This document shows, one piece after another, positions 41,768-53,408 of a DNA stretch of 64,000 nucleotides. Every line of letters begins with the position of its first letter. Position 1 is the first letter of the stretch. The notes beneath the pieces were generated by a model that saw nothing but the letters and a program-made list of their open reading frames with translations, searched no databases and had not been told where the DNA came from. The DNA comes from Octopus sinensis (Eukaryota), in the NCBI RefSeq assembly GCF_006345805.1, contig NC_042997.1:5146001-5210000 (forward strand). Reading direction: 5' to 3'. Both the position numbers and the translations under genes were made by a program.

Positions 41768-42628
41768 GAGGTCTGATCAATAAGTATCCAAACTAGTACC
41801 ATGCTAACGAAGTTGAAACACACAGAGTAGAACCGCTTAGCACAGCTTGATCTAGAACACTTCTGTGCATGCGCACTAAGTTTTAACATTCTAACTGACT
41901 TCCCCTGTTTACACCCGGGCTCTGAATTAACATGTGTAGTGTGTGATCGTCGCACTGAACATCACAAAATGTTGGGCAGAGAGTCTGCATCAAAGTTTCA
42001 AAAAAGCTTGGTGGTACCTGCTCAGAAACCTTCGCAAATTTTTCAAAAAGTTTTCGTTGTTCTCGGCACAATCAAAATCTTGTGCAACTGAAACCCAAAT
42101 GTATTTTTGGTCAGCTGAGAACAGTTTTGCGCAAACTTGCCAGACACGCATCTCGTACCCAAATATTCAGTGATAACGGAATGAAATGAACCGTAACTAA
42201 TCTGCAAATCCTCTGATAACTCAGGAATTGTGATTCGATGATTTCCCCTCATAGCTGCACGCACATCTGTAGTCTCCCAGAACGTTCATCAATATGAGCA
42301 TTTTTTCGGTCATCTTTCAAACATCTATTTCACTCGTAGATATGTGTACGTCTCATAAACTCCGCTCCGTAAACTTTGGCAACTATGCGTAGGCCTCTGA
42401 GCAGGTATCACCATAACATCTTTCTCTGTCATTTTCAATTCGACGATCACAAGTTACACACCTTCCTTCCAAATATAACTGTAAATAACGAAAGTAAGCT
42501 GGAATGTTAAAACTTGGTGCGCATGTACAACAGCGTTCAAAGTCAATCTGAGCCAAGTGGCATTACTTTCCGTGCTATAGCTTTGTTACTATGGCAACCA
42601 TATTGATACTCATTGATCAGTCCGTCTA
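41764..42628. mobile_element. Mariner-derived non-autonomous element built from two inverted 5' ends
   Basis: Imperfect ~150-bp inverted termini (ctgatcaataagtatc.../...gatactcattgatcag); minus strand reads 'NHRITIPELSEDLQISYGSFHSVITEYLGTRCVSGKF' (mariner HTH region). Confidence 0.7.
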
Positions 42629-42841
42629 TATGTATATATATACATATACATATATATATATACATATATATATACATATATATACATACATATATATATA
42701 TATATATATTAATAAAAAGAATTCCAACCTTGTCTGATTTTCACGTTTTATTTACAATCTTATAATGATATATTATAAGATAATATATTATAATTGAATA
42801 AAATAAAATGAAATAGTAGAATGTTAAATATTCATTCTGAT

Positions 42842-42886
42842 TGAACTAGTACTTTCATGCATTGAATTCTGCAATCTTCGGGTTCA
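42842..42886 (-). ncRNA. Type I hammerhead in the inverted pLTR
   Basis: Exact reverse complement of 47456-47500. Confidence 0.75.
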
Positions 42887-43675
42887 TGTAGTAGTGTTGA
42901 CAGTCATGCTTCACAATTTTTGACTGTAGCAAGATGATTGATTCTGTGCTATAAATACAGCTGGGTAGGCTCCAGAGTGCTAGGTTTTTGCAAACTGTAT
43001 TCTGACCAATCAGTGTGTAGTATCACTCAATTACTTAAGCTGATTGGTTGGTTGAGCTGATTGGTTTAGGCATCACGCTTTGTTGGACATGTCAAGAGTC
43101 CTGTATCTTGACCCTGGCCGAAGCAGCAATTGTTGGGTTATTTTTAGAAATGTTGTAAATATCCTTTGTCAGAGATTTTTATATTTTTATATTTCAATTG
43201 TCATCATCATCATTGTCAGCACCTTAATTATTGTTGCTAGTGGTGATGGTTATGGCAATAGAACTTTTAACCCTAAATAAGATAATTTTCCTGCTATCTT
43301 CGTCTTGATCACCTTTAGTATTGTTGTTGTTGTTAGTGGTCATGGTCGTAGCAGTTGAAGTAATACCTCTAAGTATTATTATTATTATTATTGCTTATTT
43401 AGCTTGGGTTCGAATTTATCAATAAATTCTTTTCTCTGATTTTCCTCTCGATTTCACTTGGGCTGTGTAATTTGTAGAATGGAAATATTATATATATTTT
43501 CCGACCACATGTTGCTAGGTGGTTACTCAAAGGTATCTGACGGACCTCTGGGTCTCTAATCTGTTGCCGGTGTACACGTGAGCGTTCTAATAGTGCGTTT
43601 CCCGTCTGACCTACATATATTTCTTCACAATTTGGTATAAAATCTACAAGAGAAAGCCTACCACAACCTCCTTGG

Positions 43676-44713
43676 ATGTCAGAAATAAACGAAAGAAATC
43701 TGGAAAAAGAGGCACACCGAAAAAGAGAAGAGATACAGAAGACATGGAAAAAACTCCTTAACATAAGAAAACAAAACTTCTGGAAGGCATATAAATGCGA
43801 AAAATATGCTGAAATACATTCGAAATGGATATCTTTAGCGGCACCCATACTTCCTCGGAAGTACCTAATTAAAGAAATTGCAGGAGAACCAGAGGAAGAA
43901 ACTAAACTTCGATGGGACCTTAGTTTGATAAAATTCAGGACCGACATCTCCATTACCCTGTCTAAACAATCCCGCTACAAAGCCAAATACGAAGCTATCG
44001 ATGATCAAATCAGAGATGAAATATCCAAACTAACGACCGGCAATATAGCAGAAAAAATGCGAGAACTATGGATCAGAGATATCTCAAAAGAAGAAAGCAG
44101 ATCAAGAAAGTTTTGGCAGCGGAAACAATTATTTCTCGACAAATATGCTACAAACTACGGTAAAGACAACAGAGCTCCGAGAAATAGCATTAAAAGTGGA
44201 CAACCTCACCAACGCAACATACACCAGAACACGTGGCAACATGAACACCTGTTTCACCACGAATCGAAGACGAACTACGGTAAGAACTCTTCCCATTTTG
44301 TATGCAAACACCCCAATGCACACAACATGAACAAAAAGCACAAACAAAATAGATATTGTTTTGAACAGACCATTAGCAGTAGAAATAACAGATCATTTTC
44401 AAGACCTCAACAGAGATTACCCACAAGAAACTGGACAAAAAACCGATCTAGATCTAGAAGTAAACCCAGATCATTTCTCCAGGTGGTTAAAAACAATGCT
44501 AACAAGAAATTGAAAAGTAGCATACATAATACCAAAAACAAGACAGAAAACATAACGAAACCAAGTAAAGTACCACAACCAAAACGCAAAATTCATCAAG
44601 CAAACATCAACAGGAATATAAATCATAACCAGAAAAAAAATCCATTTTTTACGTCAGGACAACAAACACCGGAGAAAGAAAAATCCAAGAGGAAACATAC
44701 CCCAAACAACTGA
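43676..44713 (+). CDS. PLE N-terminal region (helical domain followed by a basic low-complexity tract); 5'-truncated by the inversion
   Basis: 345-aa ORF, frame open from the junction (~43637); overlaps the RT frame from 44622. Confidence 0.65.
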   Translation: MSEINERNLEKEAHRKREEIQKTWKKLLNIRKQNFWKAYKCEKYAEIHSKWISLAAPILPRKYLIKEIAGEPEEETKLRWDLSLIKFRTDISITLSKQSRYKAKYEAIDDQIRDEISKLTTGNIAEKMRELWIRDISKEESRSRKFWQRKQLFLDKYATNYGKDNRAPRNSIKSGQPHQRNIHQNTWQHEHLFHHESKTNYGKNSSHFVCKHPNAHNMNKKHKQNRYCFEQTISSRNNRSFSRPQQRLPTRNWTKNRSRSRSKPRSFLQVVKNNANKKLKSSIHNTKNKTENITKPSKVPQPKRKIHQANINRNINHNQKKNPFFTSGQQTPEKEKSKRKHTPNN

Positions 44714-46628
44714 ACGTATAGATCCTAAAATAATTAATTTATCAAAAAGAGATTTTGACAATGATGAAATCCAACTTCTGTCAAAAGGACTGAAATTCAC
44801 ACCTACACCAACAGCCAACCACCAAGAATTAAAGGAGGATATCCAAAAATTCTGTCGAAAATTACGACTTGTAGAATTCTTCGCTAACAAAAGTAATGAG
44901 ATTGATGAATCCCTAGTAAGGAATAAATCAAATTTCACCCCACCAAAAGGAAGAAATAACTACCTTGACCAATACATTGATATCCTGTCTAAATTTCCCC
45001 TTAGACGCAATACCAATGTTAGGCCAAACATTAGCAAATCAGAGATGTCTGCATGTAAACGTATACAAAACGATCAAACAATAATAATTAAACAAGCAGA
45101 TAAAGGTGGTGCAATTGTTATTATGGATACCGAATACTATAAGGATTTGGTTGAAGACCAACTGAAGGATACAACCTTCTATTGTGAAATACCCGCAAAT
45201 ATAGACCACCACATCATGAAAAAGATCAACAACCTGATTTCAACACACCACAACTCACTTACGGATAATGAAAAAGACTACATCACCAATTTTGAACCAA
45301 AACCCAGCAACTTCTACGGCTTACCAAAAATACACAAATCAAAAAACATTCAACAGGCAGTAAAAGAACAAGAAAGTGAGTACATAAAATTATTACATCC
45401 AAAAGACCTAAAACTTAGACCTATTATAGCTGGTCCAGCATGCCCTACACACCGTCTAAGCAATTTTATTGACATTGTTTTGAAACCACTATGTACTTAC
45501 ATACCAAGTTTCATCAGGGATGACATCGACTTCCTGTCCCATCTTCCCAAAACAACAGAAACAAATTCAGTTTTACTAAGTTTTGATGTGGTAAGCCTCT
45601 ACACCAATATTCCACACGATTTAGGAATAAAGGCGATTAAATACTGGTTAGAAAAACATAGAGAAGTGATTCCCAGCAGATTCACAGTGCCATTTATATT
45701 AGACACAGTCAAGCTTATTCTAGAAAATAACACATTCTTCTTCAATGGAAAGAATTACATCCAAATTAGAGGCACGGCGATGGGAACGAGGTTTGCTCCC
45801 GTTTACGCCAACTCTGTAATGGGATACTTAGAAGAACAACTCTACCAAGAGGTGGAGGTAAACTATGGCACTGGGTTTAGAAAGTATATTGAAAAGGCAT
45901 GGAAGAGATACCTAGACGACTGTTTCATAATCTGGACAGAATCTCTAAATACTCTGGAAGAGTTCAATATCCTCCTGAACAACCTACACCCATCTCTCCA
46001 ATTTACAAAGGAGATGAGTAGTACCAAATTACCATTCCTGGATATAATGGTAATTAAAAAAGACACCACCATCACCACAGATATATACTATAAACACACA
46101 GACACACATCAATACCTAAATTTTAAGTCGTGCCATCCACCACATACAAAACGTAACATCCCATACTGCCTAGCCAGAAGAATTTGTACTATTGTAGAAG
46201 ATGCAAATATCAGGAACAAACGCCTAATAGAACTAAGAGAATTTTTGCTCAAACAAAAATACCCATCTCTACTTATAGAAAATGGCATACAGCGGGCTAT
46301 AAAAATACCTATACAACAACTTAGGACAACCCAAGGAAGAGGAAAACAAGAACAAGTCATACCATTCATAGTGACACACAACCCATGTCACCAGAATATC
46401 TTCAACATTGCCAAAGCAAACCTACCAATCATTGCCCAAAGTAATGAATTAAAAGACATAATCACGGATCGAGCTATGGTGCTTAGTAAAAGACAGCCTA
46501 AAAACTTGAAAACATTACTAACAAAGGCAAAATTTGACCTCAGCAACAAGACCAAACATTCACGGTATCTAAATGCAATGATAGCCGATGTGGCACATGC
46601 CAATTCATACATACCGGTCAATATATAA
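44622..46628 (+). CDS. PLE reverse transcriptase (frame open from 44622; first ATG at 45045)
   Basis: 'IINLSKRDFDNDEIQLLSKGLKFTPTP', 'KQADKGGAIVI', 'FYGLPKIHK', 'LRPIIA', 'SFDVVSLYTNIP', 'GTAMGTRFAPVYAN', 'RYLDDCF', 'LPFLD'. Confidence 0.92.
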   Translation: MITRKKIHFLRQDNKHRRKKNPRGNIPQTTERIDPKIINLSKRDFDNDEIQLLSKGLKFTPTPTANHQELKEDIQKFCRKLRLVEFFANKSNEIDESLVRNKSNFTPPKGRNNYLDQYIDILSKFPLRRNTNVRPNISKSEMSACKRIQNDQTIIIKQADKGGAIVIMDTEYYKDLVEDQLKDTTFYCEIPANIDHHIMKKINNLISTHHNSLTDNEKDYITNFEPKPSNFYGLPKIHKSKNIQQAVKEQESEYIKLLHPKDLKLRPIIAGPACPTHRLSNFIDIVLKPLCTYIPSFIRDDIDFLSHLPKTTETNSVLLSFDVVSLYTNIPHDLGIKAIKYWLEKHREVIPSRFTVPFILDTVKLILENNTFFFNGKNYIQIRGTAMGTRFAPVYANSVMGYLEEQLYQEVEVNYGTGFRKYIEKAWKRYLDDCFIIWTESLNTLEEFNILLNNLHPSLQFTKEMSSTKLPFLDIMVIKKDTTITTDIYYKHTDTHQYLNFKSCHPPHTKRNIPYCLARRICTIVEDANIRNKRLIELREFLLKQKYPSLLIENGIQRAIKIPIQQLRTTQGRGKQEQVIPFIVTHNPCHQNIFNIAKANLPIIAQSNELKDIITDRAMVLSKRQPKNLKTLLTKAKFDLSNKTKHSRYLNAMIADVAHANSYIPVNI

Positions 46629-46954
46629 ACACAAAAACCGGGAAAATATTCACAAACGCGAATATGAACTGCAAAAGCAGAAATTTAATTTACTGCATCA
46701 AATGCCCAAATTGTGAAGAAATATATGTAGGTCAGACGGGAAACGCACTATTAGAACGCTCACGTGTACACCGGCAACAGATTAGAGACCCAGAGGTCCG
46801 TCAGATACCTTTGAGTAACCACCTAGCAACATGTGGTCGGAAAATATATATAATATTTCCATTCTACAAATTACACAGCCCAAGTGAAATCGAGAGGAAA
46901 ATCAGAGAAAAGAATTTTATTGATAAATTCGAACCCAAGCTAAATAAGCAATAA
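46538..46954 (+). CDS. Cys-rich linker plus GIY-YIG endonuclease (-1 frame relative to RT)
   Basis: 'KCNDSRCGTCQFI...MNCKSRNLIYCIKCPNCEEIYVGQTGNALLERSRVHRQQI...REKNFIDKFEPKLN'. Confidence 0.9.
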   Translation, partial: PQQQDQTFTVSKCNDSRCGTCQFIHTGQYINTKTGKIFTNANMNCKSRNLIYCIKCPNCEEIYVGQTGNALLERSRVHRQQIRDPEVRQIPLSNHLATCGRKIYIIFPFYKLHSPSEIERKIREKNFIDKFEPKLNKQ

Positions 46955-47455
46955 TAATAATAATAATACTTAGAGGTATTACTTCAACTGCTACGACCAT
47001 GACCACTAACAACAACAACAATACTAAAGGTGATCAAGACGAAGATAGCAGGAAAATTATCTTATTTAGGGTTAAAAGTTCTATTGCCATAACCATCACC
47101 ACTAGCAACAATAATTAAGGTGCTGACAATGATGATGATGACAATTGAAATATAAAAATATAAAAATCTCTGACAAAGGATATTTACAACATTTCTAAAA
47201 ATAACCCAACAATTGCTGCTTCGGCCAGGGTCAAGATACAGGACTCTTGACATGTCCAACAAAGCGTGATGCCTAAACCAATCAGCTCAACCAACCAATC
47301 AGCTTAAGTAATTGAGTGATACTACACACTGATTGGTCAGAATACAGTTTGCAAAAACCTAGCACTCTGGAGCCTACCCAGCTGTATTTATAGCACAGAA
47401 TCAATCATCTTGCTACAGTCAAAAATTGTGAAGCATGACTGTCAACACTACTACA

Positions 47456-47500
47456 TGAACCCGAAGATTGCAGAATTCAATGCATGAAAGTACTAGTTCA
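47456..47500 (+). ncRNA. Minimal type I hammerhead (U4C core, palindromic AGTACT stem III); predicted cleavage after 47495
   Basis: tgaac-CCGAAGA-ttgca-gaattcaa-tgcat-GAAA-gtac-TA-gttca. Confidence 0.75.
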
Positions 47501-47674
47501 ATCAGAATGAATATTTAACATTCTACTATTTCATTTTATTTTATTCAATTATAATATATTATCTTATAATATATCATTATAAGATTGTAAATAAAACGTG
47601 AAAATCAGACAAGGTTGGAATTCTTTTTATTAATATATTCTTCTATACACAATCACACACACCCATATATATAT

Positions 47675-47734
<60 letters not shown>

Positions 47735-47737
<3 letters not shown>

Positions 47738-48221
47738 GTATATGTATATGTATATAAGGACACAGGGAAAAGATGTGTCAAAGCTACCAGGAGGCGTTCA
47801 ATGCTTCCTAGGGCTATACAGTGGTGGTGTACCCCCTACTGTCACGTTCTTGTTAGATTGACAGTATACGACCATTCTATCGCCCACCACCGTACATGTC
47901 TCTACGATATTGAATTTCTAAATCTCTCGTAGAGACATGTACGGTGGTGGGCGATAGAATGGTTGTATACTGTCAATCTAACAAGAACGTGACAGTAGGG
48001 GGTACACCACCACTGTATAGCCCTAGGAAGCATTGAACGCCTCCTGGTAGCTTTGACACATTTTTCCGTGTGTCCTTATATACATATACATATACGTATA
48101 TGTATATAAGGACACGGAAAAATGTGTCAAAGCTCTCAGGAGGCGTTCGATGCTTCCTAGGGCTATACAGCGGTGGTGTACCCCCTACTGTCACGTTCTT
48201 GTTAGATTGACAGTATACAAC

Positions 48222-48229
<8 letters not shown>
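47735..48229. repeat. Three alternating-orientation copies of a ~130-170-bp structured sequence (double palindrome)
   Basis: Forward 47735-47907, reverse 47927-48098, forward partial ~48096-48229. Confidence 0.9.
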
Positions 48230-48271
<42 letters not shown>

Positions 48272-48319
48272 TAGTAAAGAATGGAGCTGAACGAAGATTT
48301 AACCAAATTCCTTTATTTT

Positions 48320-48405
48320 ATTTTCGACATATGTTTCGAAGTCTGCAAAGTCCCTAATTCCGATTGAATAAGGAGTCCATTTTGCAGCTTTCTCTTCAGG
48401 AAAAT
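48320..48405 (-). ncRNA. Type I hammerhead ribozyme, canonical core, GUC site
   Basis: attttc-CTGAAGA-gaaagctgcaaa...tttgcagacttc-GAAA-catatg-TC-gaaaat. Confidence 0.85.
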
Positions 48406-48955
48406 CCAGGAACTTAATTCTCCAACAAAATGCACAACAAGCTTTTCGACAAACGCTCACGAGGACCCCATGAAATTAATGACACAAAATTTCTATCTAT
48501 ATGCGTTGACGCCAGGCTGGGTGAAAGCAGAAGAGATTGTCCGTTGAGATAGTTCAAGGTCAGAATCCGTTTGGCAGAAGGGGGGGTACAGGAAAATCAA
48601 AGAGTGTGAATGTATTCTGTATGACTGGTGTTTATATTTGATTTATTTTAAGAATGAGTGCTAGAGTGTTTGAGTGTGAGAAATTGCTTTAATGTATGTG
48701 TGTGTGCGTCTTTGTATGTGTGACAGTGTGTTTCGAAGGCAGGAAGAGAGAGAGACAGCAGGGATTAACGGTCAAGAAACAGAAAAAGCCGTGTCTGTGT
48801 GTTCGTATGTGACCACGTAATAGAGAGAGGGGGTATCCACACTGGCAATGACAGGATACAGTGTTGCTGTAAGGGATGGCAACAGTTCTTGACAACTAGT
48901 AGTTCTTATACTAACAGGGATGAGATATCACCTTTCAAATTTTATTCAAATTTTA

Positions 48956-49474
48956 TTAGGAAATCCAGGGGTTATCTAAATTAGACTTCATTGGTATGAG
49001 AGAAAAGGTATGCCGTTTCCAGTGGGGGCATCTGAAAGAATTTTGCACAATCGAGTTAAGAAGCTGTCCTCGGGCGAACAAAATATGAAAAAGTTCTGAG
49101 TTACAAAGGGCACAGATTTTTTTGCCCTTATCAAACAGTAAAGACACCGATAAAATTGACCATTCCAGTCTAAAAGTTGAATTCACGTTCTTCAAACGCC
49201 AGACTAATTTGCTTAGCCCCGTAGCGTGTTGCTTATCCTTATTTCGGAACGTGGAAAAATGATTCGATATTCTAGTGGCCAATTTCGATGAAGTAGCTCC
49301 GATATAAAGAAAGACATCGGATTCAGTATAAACTCTGCACTGATAAATGGCGTTTCTAATTTTGGAGTTACTAGATAAGAACCTTAATCTATTGGGATTG
49401 GTTTCCGATACTAATACAGCGTTCTTATTACTATGATGGTTGTAAAAACTACCGCTGGATTCGATATTATTCAC
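48956..49474 (-). CDS. GIY-YIG endonuclease domain of the PLE
   Basis: 'AIYQCRV...LYIGATSSKLATRISNHFSTF...TGLSKLVWRLK...CALCNSE...LLN...CPH'. Confidence 0.8.
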   Translation of the reverse strand: MNNIESSGSFYNHHSNKNAVLVSETNPNRLRFLSSNSKIRNAIYQCRVYTESDVFLYIGATSSKLATRISNHFSTFRNKDKQHATGLSKLVWRLKNVNSTFRLEWSILSVSLLFDKGKKICALCNSELFHILFARGQLLNSIVQNSFRCPHWKRHTFSLIPMKSNLDNPWIS

Positions 49475-49699
49475 CCCATTATCATTACTATTTAAGGCAA
49501 TATCACCTGCATATTCCCTGTGATTGGGAATGCTGTGATTGATAATGCCCGTAAAACTACTGTTGTTAAAACCGCTGCTAATATTATTGTTGGGACTCCC
49601 TACGTTAATGACGAGATCAGTGCTCTTATCCTTATTACTATTACTCCAATGTTGGTATGAAGGCTGCTAATATCTGTGCTACTTCTATTATTATTATTA

Positions 49700-49741
<42 letters not shown>

Positions 49742-50738
49742 GCGTTATGTTGGAATTTGACGGGGCAGAGTCTTTGCTCATGGATGAGAGGGCTTTATTT
49801 AGCAGCTTATTCTTATGGGAGGCAATTATCTGTGAAAGATTTTTAGTATTGGAGAAAGCTATCCTTACTTTGTGCGAATTTCCAGTGGAGTAATATCTCG
49901 AATTTCTGGGAAAATTTCTGGCAATTGCTTGGCGAAACTATAACGGTAGGTTAGATCTTATTTGTTTACCAAAGGCAATTACAAACCAGATATAGTTTTT
50001 CCTGTTCTTGTACTGGCTCGGAGAGTCAACGCTAACATTAAGGGAGGTATCTCTGGGTTGAATAATGGGTTTTGGCCTACGATGGCCTCCCATGGACCGC
50101 AAAGTATTCATGTTATCTATATTTATGTTAGTTGTTCTTGTATCGACATTCCTAAGGCTACCATCACTACTTATATTATTTATATTATTGTAAGTTGACT
50201 TATCCTGCTGATAGAATACTGGTTTCGGAAGGACCGGGTCTATATATGTTACCTTATCCCTATAACCGGCTTATGACAGGGCGGCATTATAGAATTCCGC
50301 TTTATGCTTAAAAATGTCGACGTTGGCAGATAAATTTGATAATCTTTGAGAAATATTTTTAACTAAATTATCAGTTATAGTTTTTGCGTGGTTAGAGAAA
50401 ACACTGACATACTTTAGGTTTGTGGAAGGTTTATGGTAGGGGCAGTAAGAATTGCAGGTTTAGTGTGACTTGTAAGAAATTTGCCTTGGTAAGTTCGTTA
50501 TCAAAAACTATGCTCATGCCCATCCTACTAAAGAACCTAGCTAATCTATTTTTAGTTTTCTGTATCATTCTATTCGGGGTGTTCTGTAGGTAAAACTTCA
50601 AATTTCCGCACTAAGGCACGGTTTTTATGCCCCATGGTCGTAACTTCAACCGTGCTCTTTCTGTTGTGATTTTTGCTACCCAAGTATCGGTTATCATTTG
50701 AATTATCCGTAATAAGAAACTTCCTTTTTCTACTTCAA

Positions 50739-50796
<58 letters not shown>

Positions 50797-50930
50797 TCAG
50801 TAAATGGTGGGGTTGTGTTGACCGCACGTGGAGAAATGATAAGCAATGAAAAATTGTAAAAATGCAGAATGCTCGATTGAAAGAAAATTTTAATGAATTG
50901 AGAAAATGAAAAAATATAGAAATATATATT

Positions 50931-50972
50931 TATTCAAATCGGTTTTCGTCATAGTTTGACTTATCAAGAATA
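50931..50972 (-). ncRNA. Minimal type I hammerhead, U3-A8 core variant, in a solo pLTR-like fragment
   Basis: tattc-TTGATAA-gtca-aacta-tgac-GAAA-accgat-TT-gaata. Confidence 0.6.
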
Positions 50973-51239
50973 GTTAGGTGAAAAGGTTTTTTAAAAATGA
51001 GAAAGGGGAAAAAAGTTGCATTGATTTTTGCAAAAGAATAATAGTAGTAAATATGTATAAAAATTAAAAAATAAGTACTCCGATACATTGTGAGTTCGTT
51101 GTGTATCTTGAGTTTAATGACTTATATATATATGTATGTATGTGTATGTATGTATGTGTATATATATGTGTATATATGCGAGTGTAAGCACATGAATGTG
51201 AAATAAGCTGGGTCAAAATAGTAGCAGAATACCGGTGTT

Positions 51240-51734
51240 AGAGTAATATGCTTTATTATAAAATCTACAAAAGCATAACAAAAATATCACAAAGAAAAAA
51301 CTGTTAATCAGAGTTTCACGTTCTCGTTTCTTGGACAGTTTTGATTCAGAACTCGATGTTAGTTCTCTGTAAATGTTTTATTCTAAACGGGCATATCTAT
51401 CTAAATTTATTATTGTTTTTTACCATTACTTAATTCACCCAGGGATTACAGGTTTTCTTCCTTCTGTTGAAGTTTGCTTCGATTTTTATAATATGATTTT
51501 AAACCGTAATTCTCATTTCATATAACCGGTTATTGAAAAGCCGTTAGTTGAAAGACCAATGAAACAGAACCATTTTCAAATGTGTATCTATCAAACTAAT
51601 TCTATATTTATACATATAAATATATATTGTTCCAATCTAAACCAAAAACTGTCCGATGAACGTGAACATGAATATCTGAGTAACGGTTTTTTGTGATGTA
51701 TTTGCAGCTTTAATAATGGAGCTATTACTCTACC
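51240..51734. mobile_element. Old tail-out inverted pair of pLTR fragments, each with a decayed HHR (51301-51338 minus; 51649-51686 plus)
   Basis: The two copies together suggest ctgt-CCGATGA-acg..cgt-GAAA-ctctgag-TA-acag; flanks agagtaata / tattactct. Confidence 0.55.
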
Positions 51735-52304
51735 TCAGAGGTATGCGGCCATGACTTAGTTGCCTTATAACATTCAGAAAAATGGAACATTTAAACAACA
51801 TTTTCCACAAACACTGCTTAAACGTTGCGGCTTCTGAGATTTATCGGAAATAATTTTTCCGAGGTGTGGAGAGAGGAGTTTCGGAAAATTCACACGCTCT
51901 GAACTGTTTCTCTTTAGATATTAAAATATTGGAGAGACTGAGAAGGCCGTTACAGGCACTTATCCCAATTGATTAAAAAAATACGGAGATGTACTAGCAT
52001 AGCAAGTGACTTGATCTGAGATCATGTGTTGAAACAAGCATTTGCAGCGTAGATGCTTGCAAGGCATTCCAGAACACACAAAAAGCACTAGTTTCACGGC
52101 ACTAAATACAGAGGCCCTGATGAAGCTAAGTAACGATATGAAGGGGAGGGTTAGATTTTAGGGTCACGGTTATTTATGGATAGGGTGTCATTACACACCC
52201 ACACAGCGTACTTTTAAACTGTTTTGTACGTAACACCTGTATTTAAGTAGTACCGTTAAAGGACTTCTGTATTTAAGTATTACCAGTTTCACTTCAACAT
52301 TAAA

Positions 52305-52440
52305 ATCTCACCCGCCGAGGTCTACTTTGCCTTTCATCCGTTCGGGGTCGATAATTAAGTACTAATTGCGTACTGGGGTCGATCTAATCGGCTGGCCCCC
52401 TCTCCTAAAATTTCGTGTCTTGTGCCTAGAACAGAAAAAA
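52305..52440 (+). mobile_element. SINE fragment with Nin/Deu-type central domain
   Basis: ccgaggtctactttgcctttcatccgttcggggtcgataattaagtac resembles the conserved Nin-domain core. Confidence 0.6.
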
Positions 52441-53349
52441 ACATTAAAATTTCATTTGTGTCAAAGTATTTTCGTCGCTTTGAAACCGCGAGCTGTTCGC
52501 TGACAAAACTTCACAAAAGTGAGGCAGCACGAAGCTTTGTGACTGACACGCACGCACACACACACACACACACCACACACACACACACATCCGTTGCCTT
52601 TCATTTGCGTGTATGCGTATCTATGTGTGTGCGGACTGTGTATTGGTGAGTGTGTGTCACTGCTGAAGTCGCTCTTGCTACTGGTTTGTGTATATATTGA
52701 CTTAGTGGTATAGATTTTTTGGTAACTTGAAATAAGGTGAAATTTTCTAGTACTTGTCGGTAACTTTTTACTTGGCGTCTTTTAATTGTAATTACCCAAC
52801 TTTCTAGGCTCTTCTCACAGATATCACTCGTTCAAAAATTATACAGGTATTTTTTTGAAATTTTAATTCAATAAATAATTTTTTTACATTACGTATACGT
52901 TCTACATTACGTATATAGAATAAACTATCGATCTTCCAATTAGCGAATGAAGAATTAAAAGTGAAAGTGAGAGGTTTTGCAAATTAAAATGGAAAACTTC
53001 ACAGTGAATGCAATGAATATTCAAATTATAACGCAGAGAATGCATTTAAATCTGTGAAATTATAACGCAGAGAACATTTAAATCTGTGAAAAATTATACG
53101 CAGTGAATGCAATGAATATATAAATTTGTGAAAAATTCGTGATAGAAAATTCCAGTGAAGATAAAAAATTGAAATTATAGGAAATTTCTTAGAACATGAA
53201 TTTATAAAAATATTTTCAGACAGTCAATCCTTAAATAATTGCTTTCTTTTAGTACTTTTAATAATTGTTACATACGTAATTATTAAACAGCTTTCTCCAT
53301 TACAGTATAGATACACATAAGCAAACACACACACATACACACACACGCG

Positions 53350-53408
<59 letters not shown>

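Larger units (their letters stand above)
42704..47637 (+). mobile_element. Near-intact Neptune-type Penelope-like retroelement with inverted 5' pLTR
   Basis: 932-bp inverted repeat 42704-43635 / 46706-47637; RT and EN ORFs; HHR; (TA)-rich flanks. Confidence 0.95.
48268..50590 (-). mobile_element. 5'-truncated YRDD-clade-like PLE (RT thumb, Asn-rich linker, GIY-YIG, pLTR)
   Basis: Thumb remnant ~49850-50570, (AAT)n coding tract, EN ORF, HHR, ends in (TA)n. Confidence 0.8.

Noticed and set aside
43080-43953. ORFs 43080-43280 and 43399-43953 (and mirror 47062-47262)
   Set aside because: By-products of the inverted pLTR; 43399-43953 is a chimera of antisense ORF1 and the inverted EN tail
44631-44652. 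Classical -1 slippery site TTTTTTA between ORF1 and RT
   Set aside because: The heptamer is phased in the RT frame and the required shift is +1; a one-base homopolymer indel is simpler
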